Shown: positions 9,036 to 19,061, numbered from the stretch's first letter. The stretch: DNA of 64,000 nt from an uncultured Chloroflexia bacterium (GCA_963807035.1 CAWEAL010000003.1:164372-228371); one strand, 5' to 3'. The notes: a model not told the origin generated them from the sequence alone. Numbers and translations are program-made.

Positions 9036-9866
9036 GTGATCGAGCCCACCCGCCGCGTCTCGCGCAACCGGATCCTGGCGGTCCGGGGGGAACAGGTCGA
9101 GGAGCGCGACGACACGCTCGTTGGCGAGGAGCCGATGGAGATCCGCGTCGCGGGGCCCGGGCAGCCCGAGGTCCCCGTGGCGATCACGATGCGGACGCCG
9201 GGCTCGGAAGCCGAGCTTGCCGTCGGCTTCCTGCGAACCGAGGGCCTGATCGGCGACGGCGACGTCGCCGCGATCGAGTTCGGCGATCCGGCCGCGCTCG
9301 CGCAGCCGGACGACACGGTGATCGTCCGGCTCAACCGGCCGTTCGATGCGTCCGTCGTACCCGAGCGCCACTTCGTCGCAACGGCCAGCTGCGGGATCTG
9401 CGGCAAGGCCTCGCTCGACGAGGTCGCCGTCCGGTGCGGCCCGATTCCAGCCGGACCGCTCGTGACCCGAGGCACGATCCTGGCTCTGCCCGGCCGGTTG
9501 CGCGAGGGGCAGGCGGTCTTCGAGCGGACCGGCGGGCTCCACGCCGCGGGCCTGTTCGATCCGGCCGGGGCCCTGCTCGCCCTGCGCGAGGACGTCGGCC
9601 GGCACAACGCCCTGGACAAGCTCGTCGGCTGGGCGGTCCTGGCCGGCTTGATGCCGCTGAACGACCGGATCCTGATGGTCAGCGGCCGGGTCAGCCTCGA
9701 GATCGTCCAGAAGGCGGCCGTCGCCGGGATCCCGATCGTGTGCGCAGTCTCGGCTCCGTCCGATCTCGCCGTCGAGGCGGCCGAGCAATTCGGCCAGACC
9801 CTGGTCGGCTTCCTGCGCGGCGACGGCTTCAACGTCTACGCGGGCCGTCAGCGCCTCGCCGTCTGA
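9036..9866 (+). CDS. fdhD: formate dehydrogenase accessory sulfurtransferase FdhD
   Basis: 276 aa. SCGICGKASLDEV, GGLHAAGLF and DVGRHNALDK motifs are diagnostic of FdhD. Confidence 0.9.
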   Translation: MIEPTRRVSRNRILAVRGEQVEERDDTLVGEEPMEIRVAGPGQPEVPVAITMRTPGSEAELAVGFLRTEGLIGDGDVAAIEFGDPAALAQPDDTVIVRLNRPFDASVVPERHFVATASCGICGKASLDEVAVRCGPIPAGPLVTRGTILALPGRLREGQAVFERTGGLHAAGLFDPAGALLALREDVGRHNALDKLVGWAVLAGLMPLNDRILMVSGRVSLEIVQKAAVAGIPIVCAVSAPSDLAVEAAEQFGQTLVGFLRGDGFNVYAGRQRLAV

Positions 9867-9880
9867 TTCGGGTCGGTCGA

Positions 9881-10873
9881 TCAGCCGCCGGGCGTGCGGC
9901 TCTGGACGAAGTCGAAGCCGAAGCGGCCCTTCACGCACAGGTGCCCGTCGCTCACCGACGAATCGAGGGGCGAGGTGACCTTGACGATCGCATTGTCCTG
10001 GACGTGCAGGCTGAGCGTGCAGCCGACGCCGCAATACGGGCAGATCGTGTCGGTGACGGTCTGGTCCGATTCGTCCCAGGTGCCGGCCTCGCGCATCTCG
10101 TACTCGGAGCGGAACATCAGCGCGCCGGTCGGGCAGACCCCGATGCAGTTGCCGCAGTAGACGCAGGCCGAATCGGGCAGGCCGACGTTCCACTCGGTCG
10201 AGATCCGGGCATCGAAGCCACGCCCGGCCACGGCGATCGCGAAGGTGTTCTGGGCATCGACGCCGCAGGCCTCGACGCACTTGTAGCAGAGGATGCACTT
10301 GCCGTAGTCGCGGACGTACAGCTCGTTGTCGATCTTGATCGGCTGGCCGACGGTCGCCGCCGTCGGCTCTCCGCCGGCGGGGTGATGGTGGCCCGCCTCG
10401 TGCCCGTCGCGTTCGTTCGGGCCGGCCGGCGCTGCGGCCGCGCCGAAGCGTTCGGGGTCGGCGCCGTACCGCTCGAAATAGGCGGGGGCCTGGGGCGCGG
10501 TCGACAGGTCGACCGACGACCCGAGGAGCTCGAGGACGACCCGGCGCGACAGGCGGACCCGCTCGGTATCGGTCTCGACGGCCATCCCCGCCTCGACCTT
10601 GCGCGAGCAGGCCGGCGCGAGGACCCGCGAACCGGCCACCTCCACGACGCAGACCCGGCAGGCGTTCACCGGCGTGAGGTTCTCGAGGTAGCACAGCGTC
10701 GGCGTGTCGATGCCGTCCGCCCGGCAGGCGTCGAGGATCGTCGAACCGGCAGGCACGCTGACGGCTCGCCCGTCGATCGTCAGCTCGACCAGGGCGACCG
10801 GCGGACCCGGCGGCGGCTCGGGCGTGCGCGTGGACCGGGCCGGCGGGTAGAGCTGGATCGGGTCGACGCTCAT
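9881..10873 (-). CDS. NAD-linked formate dehydrogenase Fe-S subunit (NuoG-like 2Fe-2S and 4Fe-4S domains plus the Mo-bisMGD-type 4Fe-4S domain only)
   Basis: 331 aa from the internal ATG (MSVDPIQ) of ORF 9881..11911. ATGA overlap with the upstream NuoEF-like gene. Contains CYLENLTPVNACRVC, CILCYKCVEAC, CVYCGNCIGVCP and CPYCGVGCTLSLHV...CVKGRFGFDFV, then stops where homologs continue into the catalytic domain. Confidence 0.85.
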   Translation of the reverse strand: MSVDPIQLYPPARSTRTPEPPPGPPVALVELTIDGRAVSVPAGSTILDACRADGIDTPTLCYLENLTPVNACRVCVVEVAGSRVLAPACSRKVEAGMAVETDTERVRLSRRVVLELLGSSVDLSTAPQAPAYFERYGADPERFGAAAAPAGPNERDGHEAGHHHPAGGEPTAATVGQPIKIDNELYVRDYGKCILCYKCVEACGVDAQNTFAIAVAGRGFDARISTEWNVGLPDSACVYCGNCIGVCPTGALMFRSEYEMREAGTWDESDQTVTDTICPYCGVGCTLSLHVQDNAIVKVTSPLDSSVSDGHLCVKGRFGFDFVQSRTPGG

Positions 10874-12768
10874 GCCGGAACGATACCTGCGCGGACGGCA
10901 CTCTCGATCGCCGACGAGGCAGTCTGGCCGAGCCCGCAGATCGAGGCGTCGCGCATCACCTGGCCGATCTCGCCGAGGAGGCGGAGCTCGTCGGCCCGCG
11001 ACCCGTTCGGCCTGTTCCCGGCCAGCCTGGCCAGCAGCTCCTCCTGGCGGACGGTCCCGACCCGGCAGGGCACGCACTGGCCGCACGATTCGTCGCGGAA
11101 GAAGGCGGCGATCCGGCGCAGGATGCCGAGCAGGTCGGTCGACTGGTCGAAGACCAGGACCACCCCGGAGCCGAGGGTCGCCCCGATCGCCCGGGTGCCC
11201 TCGAACGTGAGCGGGGTATCGAGGGCGTCCGGGCCGACGAAGACGCCGGCCGCGCCGCCCAGGAGGATCGCCCGGATCGACTCCGCGGGTGGTCCGCCGG
11301 CCAGCTCGAGCAGTGCCCGGAGGGTCGTCCCGAATGGGACCTCGTAGGTGCCCGGCCGGCCGACGTGACCCGACACGCAGAACAGCTTCGGACCGGTCGA
11401 GCCCTCGGTGCCGATCGCCGCATAGGCGGCGCCGCCGGCCAGGACGATGAGCGGCACGTTCGCCAGCGTCTCGACGTTGTTGACCGCGGTCGGCTGGCCG
11501 AACAGCCCGACCTCGACCGGGAACGGCGGCTTGTTGCGCGGCTCGCCGCGCCGGCCCTCGATCGAGTTGAACAGGGCGGTCTCCTCGCCGCAGATGTAGG
11601 CGCCGGCTCCGATCCGGAGCTCGATCTCGAAGCTGAAGCCCGAGCCGAGGATGTCCGGGCCGAGCAGGCCCGCCGCGCCGGCCCGGGCGATCGCGTTGCG
11701 CAGGCGTTGCGCGGCGAGCGGGTATTCGCCGCGCAGGTACAGGAAGCCGCGCTCGGCGCCGGTGGCGAATGCCTCGATCGTCATCGCCTCGACCAGCCCG
11801 AACGGGTCGTTCTCGAGCAGGACCCGATCCTTGAACGTGCCCGGCTCGGATTCGTCGGCGTTGCACACGACGTACCGGGGCGAGCCACCGGCCGCCCGGA
11901 CGGCCGCCCATTTCCGGCCCGTCGGGAACGCTGCCCCGCCCCGGCCGACCAGCTTCGCGGCGGTCACCTCGGCGATCACGGTTTCGGGCCCGATCTCGAA
12001 TGCCCTGGCCAGGGCCCGGTAGCCGCCGGCCGCCCGGTACGCCTCGAGCGAGGTCGGATCGATCCGGCCGACCCGGGCCAGGAGGCGGAGGCCGTCGTCG
12101 CCCGCCTGGGGCACGGAGGCCCGGACGGCGGCAAGGCGGTCCGCCTCGCTCGATCCGGGCCGATCGGCCGTCGCGGCGAGGGACTGGCCGGCGGCCGCCG
12201 AGGCCAGCCTGGCGGCGACGCCGACGGCGTCGATCGGGGCGGCCGCGACGTGCTCGGGCGCTTCACCCGCGATCGTGAACAGGGCCGCCGGGGCCTGCTC
12301 GCACAGGCCCAGGCACGGGCTGCGCAGCCAGGTCGTGCTGCCGTCGGCGCTCGGGCTGCCGGCCGGCCCGTGGGTCCGGGCCAGGTCCGCGCAGGTCTCC
12401 TCCGCCCCGGCCAGCCGGCAGGCGATGTCGTCGCACACGTGGGCCACGACCGGAGCTCGCTGTCGCGTCGTGAGGAGGGCGTAGAAGGTCGCGACGCCGT
12501 ACGCCTCGGCCGGCGGGATCGTCAAGCGCCGGCAGACGTAGGCGAGCGCCGGCTGGCTGATCCAGCCGATCCGATCCTGGACCGCGTGGAGCGCCGGCAG
12601 GAGCAGGTCGCGGTCGGCCCGGGCGGCGTGCCCGCCGTGCGCAGCGTGGCCGTCGGTCGCGGAATCCCGGCTGCCGCCCGCCCAGCCCGACCTGGCCGGT
12701 CCGAGGAGGGCATCGACCGCGGCTCGCTCGGCGGGGCTGGCCAGCGGTGCGACGACATGGAGGTCCAT
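10870..12768 (-). CDS. NuoE-like / NuoF-like fusion (FDH diaphorase, FdsG-FdsB type; NAD(H), FMN, Fe-S)
   Basis: 633 aa from ATG 12768 (MDLHVVAPL). NuoE-type Cys pattern (VCDDIAC ... SPCLGLC). NuoF motifs GRGGAAFPTGRKW, CNADESEPGTFKDR and ESCGQCVPCRVG. Confidence 0.9.
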   Translation of the reverse strand: MDLHVVAPLASPAERAAVDALLGPARSGWAGGSRDSATDGHAAHGGHAARADRDLLLPALHAVQDRIGWISQPALAYVCRRLTIPPAEAYGVATFYALLTTRQRAPVVAHVCDDIACRLAGAEETCADLARTHGPAGSPSADGSTTWLRSPCLGLCEQAPAALFTIAGEAPEHVAAAPIDAVGVAARLASAAAGQSLAATADRPGSSEADRLAAVRASVPQAGDDGLRLLARVGRIDPTSLEAYRAAGGYRALARAFEIGPETVIAEVTAAKLVGRGGAAFPTGRKWAAVRAAGGSPRYVVCNADESEPGTFKDRVLLENDPFGLVEAMTIEAFATGAERGFLYLRGEYPLAAQRLRNAIARAGAAGLLGPDILGSGFSFEIELRIGAGAYICGEETALFNSIEGRRGEPRNKPPFPVEVGLFGQPTAVNNVETLANVPLIVLAGGAAYAAIGTEGSTGPKLFCVSGHVGRPGTYEVPFGTTLRALLELAGGPPAESIRAILLGGAAGVFVGPDALDTPLTFEGTRAIGATLGSGVVLVFDQSTDLLGILRRIAAFFRDESCGQCVPCRVGTVRQEELLARLAGNRPNGSRADELRLLGEIGQVMRDASICGLGQTASSAIESAVRAGIVPA

Positions 12769-12776
12769 GGCCTGCC

Positions 12777-12782
12777 AGTGTA
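12777..12782 (-). promoter_or_regulatory. -10-like hexamer TACACT, 8 nt upstream of ATG 12768 (leaderless-type start)
   Basis: Minus-strand reading ...GATCGCTACACTGGCAGGCCATG. Confidence 0.3.
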
Positions 12783-12977
12783 GCGATCCGGGTCGAGATC
12801 GAGCCCCGCGGTCGAGTCCGGGATGTCCCCGCATTGCGGGCCGGCTCCACGAGATGCGCGATCGACGCCCGGGAGGCAATTCGGCAGCGTAGGCTAGCGA
12901 CGCGCACCGGGGGGAATCCCGATGGCGGCGCGGCCGAGCCTGCGCCCCTGGCTCCGGCAGCCCAGCGAGGAGTTGAG

Positions 12978-15861
12978 ATGCTTCGGTCGTCGATCGGCGC
13001 GCGGTTGGCCAGCCTGGGAGCTGCGATGCTGCTCATCAGTGGCCTGTTCGCCCAGGTCGCTCCGGTCCTCGGCGCAAGCCCGAGTCACAGCGCGCCGTTC
13101 GTTCAAGGCGCGGCAAAGGCGAGCCCGAAGCTGGTCAGCCGCGGAACGATCAATGTCCGCCAGCTCCTCGCCCAGCCGGCGGCCAAGGGGTCGTCCGACC
13201 CAGCCGCGACTGCGGCCCTGGCGAAGCTCGAGGCGAGCCTGCGCCCCGCCGGGTCGGCACCCAAGGCGAAGCCGGATGTCGTCGTGCCGCCCCCGCCGGA
13301 CCTGGCCACGGACTCGGGCCAGCCGGTTCCGACGATCGCGGTGGCCGCAGCCGGCCAGACGGAGGCCGGCGTGGGCAGCGTCGAGCCGGCCGATCCCGGG
13401 ATTGCGGTCGGGCCGGATGAATCGATCCAGGCCAACAGCAGCTCGCTCCGGTTCATCGACCGGGCGGCCAGCGCCGTATCGTCCCTCGGCACCGCGAGCT
13501 TCTTCCTGCTCCCCGAAACGTTCGGCTTCACGACCTTCGATGCCGCCCCGCGGGTCCACTTCGACACCTTGCGCCAGCGCTGGATCGCGACCGAGCTGAG
13601 CTGGGACTGCTACACGGACTATGTCGGCAACACGGCGACGTACGGACATGGCGGCCTCAACTTCGCGATCTCCGATACGCCCGATCCGCTCGGCAGCTGG
13701 TCCGTGGCGGTCTTCCCGATCGACGATGCGGTTCCGGTCGCTCCGAACTTCGGAACCTCGACCGACAAGCTCGGCCTGGCGACGACGCTGTTCGCGATGG
13801 GCTCTGGGGGAGGGCCGGACGATCCGGGCTGTGCCAACGGAGATTCCACCGAAGCCGACCTGCTCGTGATGGACTGGGCGCAGCTCGGACCGTTCTTCGA
13901 CCCGAGCAAGGTCGCCGTCACTGAGGCTTCGTTCATTCCGCTCGTCCTGAGCCTGGCGGTCCAGGAGCCCGTCACCAGCCCTGACCTGCGCCTGGTCACC
14001 TCGGTCGACGGCACCGGGATCGGCGGTACCACGTCCGACGTGTTCATCCTCGATCTAAGCGGGTCGGCCGCCAAGAAGACGGTCGTCATCAACGAATTCG
14101 ACCTGACCGACGACGCGATCGTTCCCCAGTTCCTCGACGCACCGAGCCCGCAGCAGCCGGGCGGATCGCTCACCGGCACGGTCGCGACAGTCCCCGACAG
14201 TGTCATCTACCACGACGGCACGCTCGCCTTCACGACAACGTATCCATGCATTCCCGCCGGCGACTCCACGACCCGCGACTGCGTCCGGGTCGTGACCCTC
14301 GCCACGACGACTGCCGCTGCCGAGCCGACCCGGCTGGGTGACACGCTCCTCGGCACGAACGGCTTCGATGACTCGTTCGGCGGGATCGCCTTCTCGGGCA
14401 GCGGCGTCCTCCACGCCGTCTATACCCAGTCCTCGGCGACCGCCGACGCCTCCTCGTACGAGACGTACAACCTGCCCACCGACGCAGCCAGCGCCTGGAG
14501 CGCCCAGCAGCTCCTGACCGCCGGGGCCGGCACCTACGGCGGCACCGAGTGGGGCGCCTACCTCGGCGTCGCCTCGGATCCCCAGGATCCGGGAGCCGTG
14601 TGGGTCGGCGATCCGTACGCGGCCGCCGATGGCACCTGGGCGACGACGATCCATGAGATCGTCGTCGGTGGCGGCGGGGCCGGCTACTTCCCGATCACCC
14701 CGATCCGGGTCCTCGACAGCCGCGACGGGACCGGCCTAACCGGCCACATCCCGGCCGTGTTCAGCTCGAACGTGCCCAAGACGTTCCCGGTCGCCGGGGT
14801 CACGATCAACACGATCACGATCCCGTCGGACGCCGTCGCGATCACCGGCAACCTGACCGTCACCGGCCAGACAGCGGCGGGTTTCCTGGCCCTGACCCCG
14901 ACCCCGACGACCACCCCGTCGAGCTCGACCCTGAACTTCCCTCTGGCCGACATCCGGGCGAACAACGTCACGATCGCGCTCGGCCCCGATGGCTCGCTGT
15001 CGGCCGTCTACAAGGCGGTCGCCGGCAAGCACACGAACGTGATCCTCGACGTGACTGGTTACTTCCGCACGGGTGCCGGCCAGACCTACTTCCCGATCGC
15101 CTCGACCCGGATCCTCGACAGTCGCGACGGGACCGGCCAGCCGAGCCATACCCCGGCCCCGTTCGTCGCCAACGTCGCCCAGAGCTTCCCGGTCCAGGGC
15201 TTCGGCGGCGGCCTGATCCCGATCACGGCGACCGCGATCACCGCCAACCTGACGGTCACCGGCCAGACGAAGCCGGGCTTCGTCGCCGTGACCCCGGCGC
15301 CGGACAACGCCCCCGGGACCTCGACGCTCAACTTCCCCCTCCACGACAACCGGGCGAACGGGCTGACGATCCCGATCAACGCCGACGGCACGGTCTCGGC
15401 CGTCTACAAGGCGGTGAGCGGCACGGCCAACCTGATCCTTGACGTGACCGGCTACTACTCGAACGCCGGTGGCGGCCTGCTCTTCCACCCGCTCAATCCG
15501 GGCCGTCTCGTCGACACCCGGCAGGCCCTCGGGCTCGACGGCCTGGGGAACGGCCTGCACGGGGCCCAGGGCACGACGCCGCGCCAGGTCGTGGTCAGCG
15601 GCCACTTCGCCGTGCCGGCCGGAGCCGCCGCGATCACCGGCAACCTGACGATCACCGCCCAGACCGGGCCCGGTTTCGTGGCCGTGACCGATGCAAACGT
15701 GCCGTTGCCGACCGACGTCGACGATCAACTTCCCGCTCGGCGACACCCGGGCCAACGGGATCACGACGACCCTCGGCTCGGGCAACCTCTGGTTCGTCTA
15801 CCGGCCGACCGCCGGCAAGACGGTCCAGCTGATCCTCGATATCACCGGCTACTTCCAGTGA
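12978..15861 (+). CDS. large secreted protein with three C-terminal tandem ~130-aa repeats; apparent +1 frameshift in the last repeat
   Basis: ATG 12978 after GAGGAG, with a signal-like N-terminus MLRSSIGARLASLGAAMLLISGLFAQVAPVLGA. The ORF frame runs to 15998, but repeat homology (TSTINFPLGDTRANG...LILDITGYFQ*) continues in the +1 frame from about 15714 to the stop at 15859..15861. Confidence 0.7.
14685..15858 (+). repeat. three tandem coding repeats (~402 nt / 134 aa period) of a YFP(I/L)xPxR(I/V)LD(S/T)R ... TGQT..GF(L/V)A(L/V)TP ... STLNFPL...RAN ... ILDVTGY module
   Basis: Repeat units start near 14685, 15087 and 15480. Conserved blocks were aligned by eye. Confidence 0.8.
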
Positions 15862-17868
15862 GCCGACCCCGGCCACTGAATCGGAGAGCGGCGCCCTCAC
15901 CGGCGCCGCTCTTCGATGTCTCCACGCCGGGCCCGGCGGGTCAAGGGGCCGGGACGGCCGACTCCCGAGCTTCTCGATCCGGATCGCCGTCGCCTTGAAT
16001 TCGGCAGTGCCCGACTTCGGGTCGGTCGCGTCGATCGTCAGCAGGTTGACCGCGACCTCGTCCTGGAAGTGCATCGTCATGAACGTCAGGCCCGGGCGGA
16101 GCGACGGGTCGACCCGGACCGGGACCTCGATCCGGCCGCGCCGCGAGACGACCCGAACCCGCTCGCCATCGGCCAGCTCGAGGCGGGCCAGGTCCTCGGG
16201 TGAGATGTCGAGCGACTCGCCCCTTCGCAGCGGCGAGCGGTAGCCGCCGCTCTGGACCCCGGTGTTGTACGAGTCGAGCCGCCGGCCGGTCGTGAGCCGG
16301 ACCGGGAAATCGGCATCGAGCCGGTCGACCGGCGGGTCGTGGTCGACCGGGACGAACGGTGCCCGGTTGCCCGGCACCGGATCCTCCCACAGGCGCGAAT
16401 GGAGGAACAGCTCACCGGGGTGGGTCTCGTCGTAGCACGGCCACTGGATTCCGCCGAGCTCCTCGAGCCGCTTGTAGCTCATCCCGGCGAACGCCGGGGC
16501 GAGCGAGCGGACCTCGTCCCAGATCTCCTCGGGCGTGCTCGCCGGCCAGTTCCCGCCCATCCGCCGGGCGAGCTCGACCACGATCGCCAGGTCGTCGCGC
16601 GCCTCGCCCGGTGGAGCGAGCGCCCGCCGGACGCGCTGGACCCGCCGCTCCGAGTTGGTGACAGTCCCCTCGGTCTCGGCCCAGGCGGCGGTCGCCGGCA
16701 GGACGACATCGGCCAGCTCGCCGGTCCTGGTCAGGAAGATGTCCTGGACGACCAGGAACTCGAGGTTCGAGAGGAGCCGGATCGCCCGGTCCTGGTCGGC
16801 CTCGGACTGGACCGGGTTCTCGCCGATGCAGTAGACCGCGGTCAGGCCGCCGTGCTCCATCGCGTCGAACATCCCGGACAGGTGGAGGCCCCGCCTGGGC
16901 GGCACCGGGACGCCCCAGGCCCGGTCGAACTTCGCCCGGATCTCGTCGTTCTCGACATGCTGGAAGCCGGGCAGTCGATCGGGCAGGGCGCCCATGTCGC
17001 CGCCGCCCTGCACGTTGTTCTGGCCGCGCAGTGGGCAGATCCCGCTGCCGTAGCGGCCGACGTGGCCGGTGAGCAGGGCGAGCGAGATCAGGGCGAGGAC
17101 GTTGTCCACGCCGTTGTGGTGCTCGGTGATCCCAAGCGTCCAGCAGAGCATCGCCCGGGGCGCGGTCGCGTAGGCGTGGGCCAGCTCGCGGATCATTCCG
17201 GCCGGGACGCCCGTCTCACGCTCGGCGTAGTCGAGCGTGTAGGACTCGACCCTGGCCCGGTAGTCCTCGATCCCGCTGGTCGCCCCGGCGATGAACCCCC
17301 GGTTCTCGAGGCCGGCCGCCAGGATCTCCCGGCCGATCGCGTTGGCCAGGGCGATGTCCGAGCCGACGTCGAGCCCGAGCCAGCCATCGGACCACTCGGC
17401 CGAGCTCGTCCGGCGCGGGTCGACCGTGTACAGCTTCGCCCCGTTGTGGACGCCCTTGAGCAGGTGGTGGAAGAAGATCGGGTGGGTCTCGCGGGCGTTC
17501 GAGCCCCACAGGATCACCAGGTTGGTGTCCTCGACCTCCTGGTATGAGCTTGTGCCGCCACCGGCACCGAAGACGGTCGCCAGACCGGCGACGCTAGGGG
17601 CGTGTCACGTCCGGTTGCAGCTGTCGATGTTGTTGCTGCCCAGGATCGTCCGGCTGAACTTCTGGGAGGCGTAGTTCAGCTCGTTGGTCGCCTTGGAGCA
17701 GCTGAACGTGCCGAACGTGGCCGGGCCGTGCGCCGCGCCCGCGCGCCGGAACCCGTCGACGGTCCGCTCGAGGGCCTCGTCCCAGGTGGCCGGCCGGAAT
17801 GGGGCGCCGTCACGCTTGTCGCCGTCACGAACGAGCGGAGTCGTCAGTCGGGTGTAGGTCCTCGCCAC
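15652..17868 (-). CDS. fdhA: formate dehydrogenase catalytic (molybdopterin) subunit, selenocysteine-containing, lacking the N-terminal Fe-S domains
   Basis: GTG 17868 sits 7 nt after GAGGAGG. ...SNNIDSCNRT-UGA(17607..17605)-HAPSVAGLATVFGAGGGTSSYQEVEDTNLVILWGSNARETHPIFFHH is the conserved FDH active-site context with Sec (codon 88). Joins ORFs 17605.. and 15652..17517 in one frame. The last ~105 codons (below about 15965) look like non-homologous read-through. Confidence 0.88.
15885..15912. terminator. perfect 11-bp stem / 6-nt loop hairpin between convergent genes
   Basis: AGAGCGGCGCC ctcacc GGCGCCGCTCT. Lies 24 nt after the corrected stop of the + strand gene. Only a weak T-tract. Confidence 0.45.
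17576..17604 (-). promoter_or_regulatory. bacterial SECIS element downstream of the fdhA UGA
   Basis: 12 nt after UGA: GUCGCC GGUCU GGCGAC (6-bp stem, 17592..17576). The apical loop GGUCU resembles what I recall of the E. coli fdhF SECIS loop. Confidence 0.7.
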
Positions 17869-17954
17869 CTTGGAACCTCCTCGTCGGGAACGCGAACGCA
17901 GTTGATCATGGCACGTCGAGGGCGCGGTGGCGAGCCGGGCCGCTATCGGGCGTC

Positions 17955-19025
17955 CTAGCGGCCGAGTGCCACCGTGGGCTCGGCGCGACCGCCGAGCCCC
18001 TCGACCCGCCCGACCCGCCAGCTCGAGACACCGACCGCGGCGAAGCCCGCCTCGACGGCCGGCAGCACGGCCGGGTTGATGGCAGCCAGCAGCCCGCCCG
18101 AGGTCTGCGGATCGAAGGCAAGCGTGACGAGCTCCGGCACGACGGCAGGGTCGAGCTCGAGCGCCCGGGCCGCGAACCGGCGGTTGTGGCGCGCCCCGCC
18201 CGTCTCGGCGCCGGCCCGGGCCAGGTCGAGCGCGCCGTCCAGGGCCGGCAGGTCGTCGGCCTCGAAGACGAACCGGCTGCGCGAGGCGCGGGCCATCTCC
18301 AGCCCGTGGCCGAGCAGCCCGAATCCGGTCACGTCGGTCGCTCCCCGGACGCCGTTCGCGACGAGGATCTCGGCGGCGGCCCGGTTCAGGGCGCGCATGC
18401 CGTCGACCGCGGCCGCGAAGGCCGAACCAGTGGCCGCCGGCCGGCCCTGGCGCCGGCCACTGACGAGCAGACCGGTGCCCAGTCGCTTGGTCAGCAGGAG
18501 GACGTCGCCAGGCTGCGCACCGCCCTTCCGCAGGAGCCGGGCGGGATCGGCGACCCCGATCACCGCCAGTCCGTACTTCGGCTCGACATCGACGATCGTG
18601 TGGCCGCCGGCCAGGGTCCCGCCGGCCTCGCGGACCTTGCTGCTCGCCCCCGCCAGGATCTCGGCCATCACCGGCTGGGGCAGGTCGTCGGGAAAGGCCG
18701 CGATCGACAGCGCGAAGAGGACCCGGCCACCCATCGCGAACACATCCGACAGGGCATTCGCCGCGGCGATCTCGCCGTAGGTCCGGGGATCGTCGACGAG
18801 CGGCGGGAAGAAGTCGAGGGTGCCGATCACGGCCAGGCCGGGCGCGACGAGGTAGACGGCGCCGTCGTCGGGCGGGTTGAGCCCGGCGATCAGCTCGGCC
18901 GGGGCGTCGTCGGCGGCGAGGCCGGCGAGTGCCTCGGCCAGCACGTCCGCCCCGAGCTTGGCAGCGCACCCGCCGGAGGTGGTCAGCGAGGTGAGCGGCG
19001 GAGCGTCGATGAAGCGGAGGTTCAT
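17955..19025 (-). CDS. selD: selenide, water dikinase (selenophosphate synthetase), Cys-type
   Basis: 357 aa from ATG 19025 (MNLRFIDAPPLTSLTTSGGCAAKLG...). PurM-like fold motifs (DFFPPLVDDP, GGHTI, ATDVTGFGLLGH). Confidence 0.9.
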   Translation of the reverse strand: MNLRFIDAPPLTSLTTSGGCAAKLGADVLAEALAGLAADDAPAELIAGLNPPDDGAVYLVAPGLAVIGTLDFFPPLVDDPRTYGEIAAANALSDVFAMGGRVLFALSIAAFPDDLPQPVMAEILAGASSKVREAGGTLAGGHTIVDVEPKYGLAVIGVADPARLLRKGGAQPGDVLLLTKRLGTGLLVSGRRQGRPAATGSAFAAAVDGMRALNRAAAEILVANGVRGATDVTGFGLLGHGLEMARASRSRFVFEADDLPALDGALDLARAGAETGGARHNRRFAARALELDPAVVPELVTLAFDPQTSGGLLAAINPAVLPAVEAGFAAVGVSSWRVGRVEGLGGRAEPTVALGR

Positions 19026-19031
19026 CTTTCG

Positions 19032-19037
19032 ATGATA
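19032..19037 (-). promoter_or_regulatory. -10-like hexamer TATCAT, 6 nt upstream of selD ATG (leaderless-type)
   Basis: Minus-strand reading CACTATCATCGAAAGATG. Confidence 0.35.
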
Positions 19038-19049
19038 GTGGGGCCCCGG

Positions 19050-19055
19050 TAGACT
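19050..19055 (+). promoter_or_regulatory. -10-like hexamer TAGACT, 6 nt upstream of ATG 19062 (leaderless-type)
   Basis: GGTAGACTGGCCCCATG. The whole divergent intergenic region is only 36 bp. Confidence 0.35.
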
Positions 19056-19061
19056 GGCCCC

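Noticed and set aside
12747-12977. Upstream extension of the large secreted-protein ORF to 12747.
   Set aside because: The extension overlaps the start of the divergent NuoEF-like gene and is Arg-rich. A proper SD (GAGGAG), ATG and signal peptide occur at 12978.
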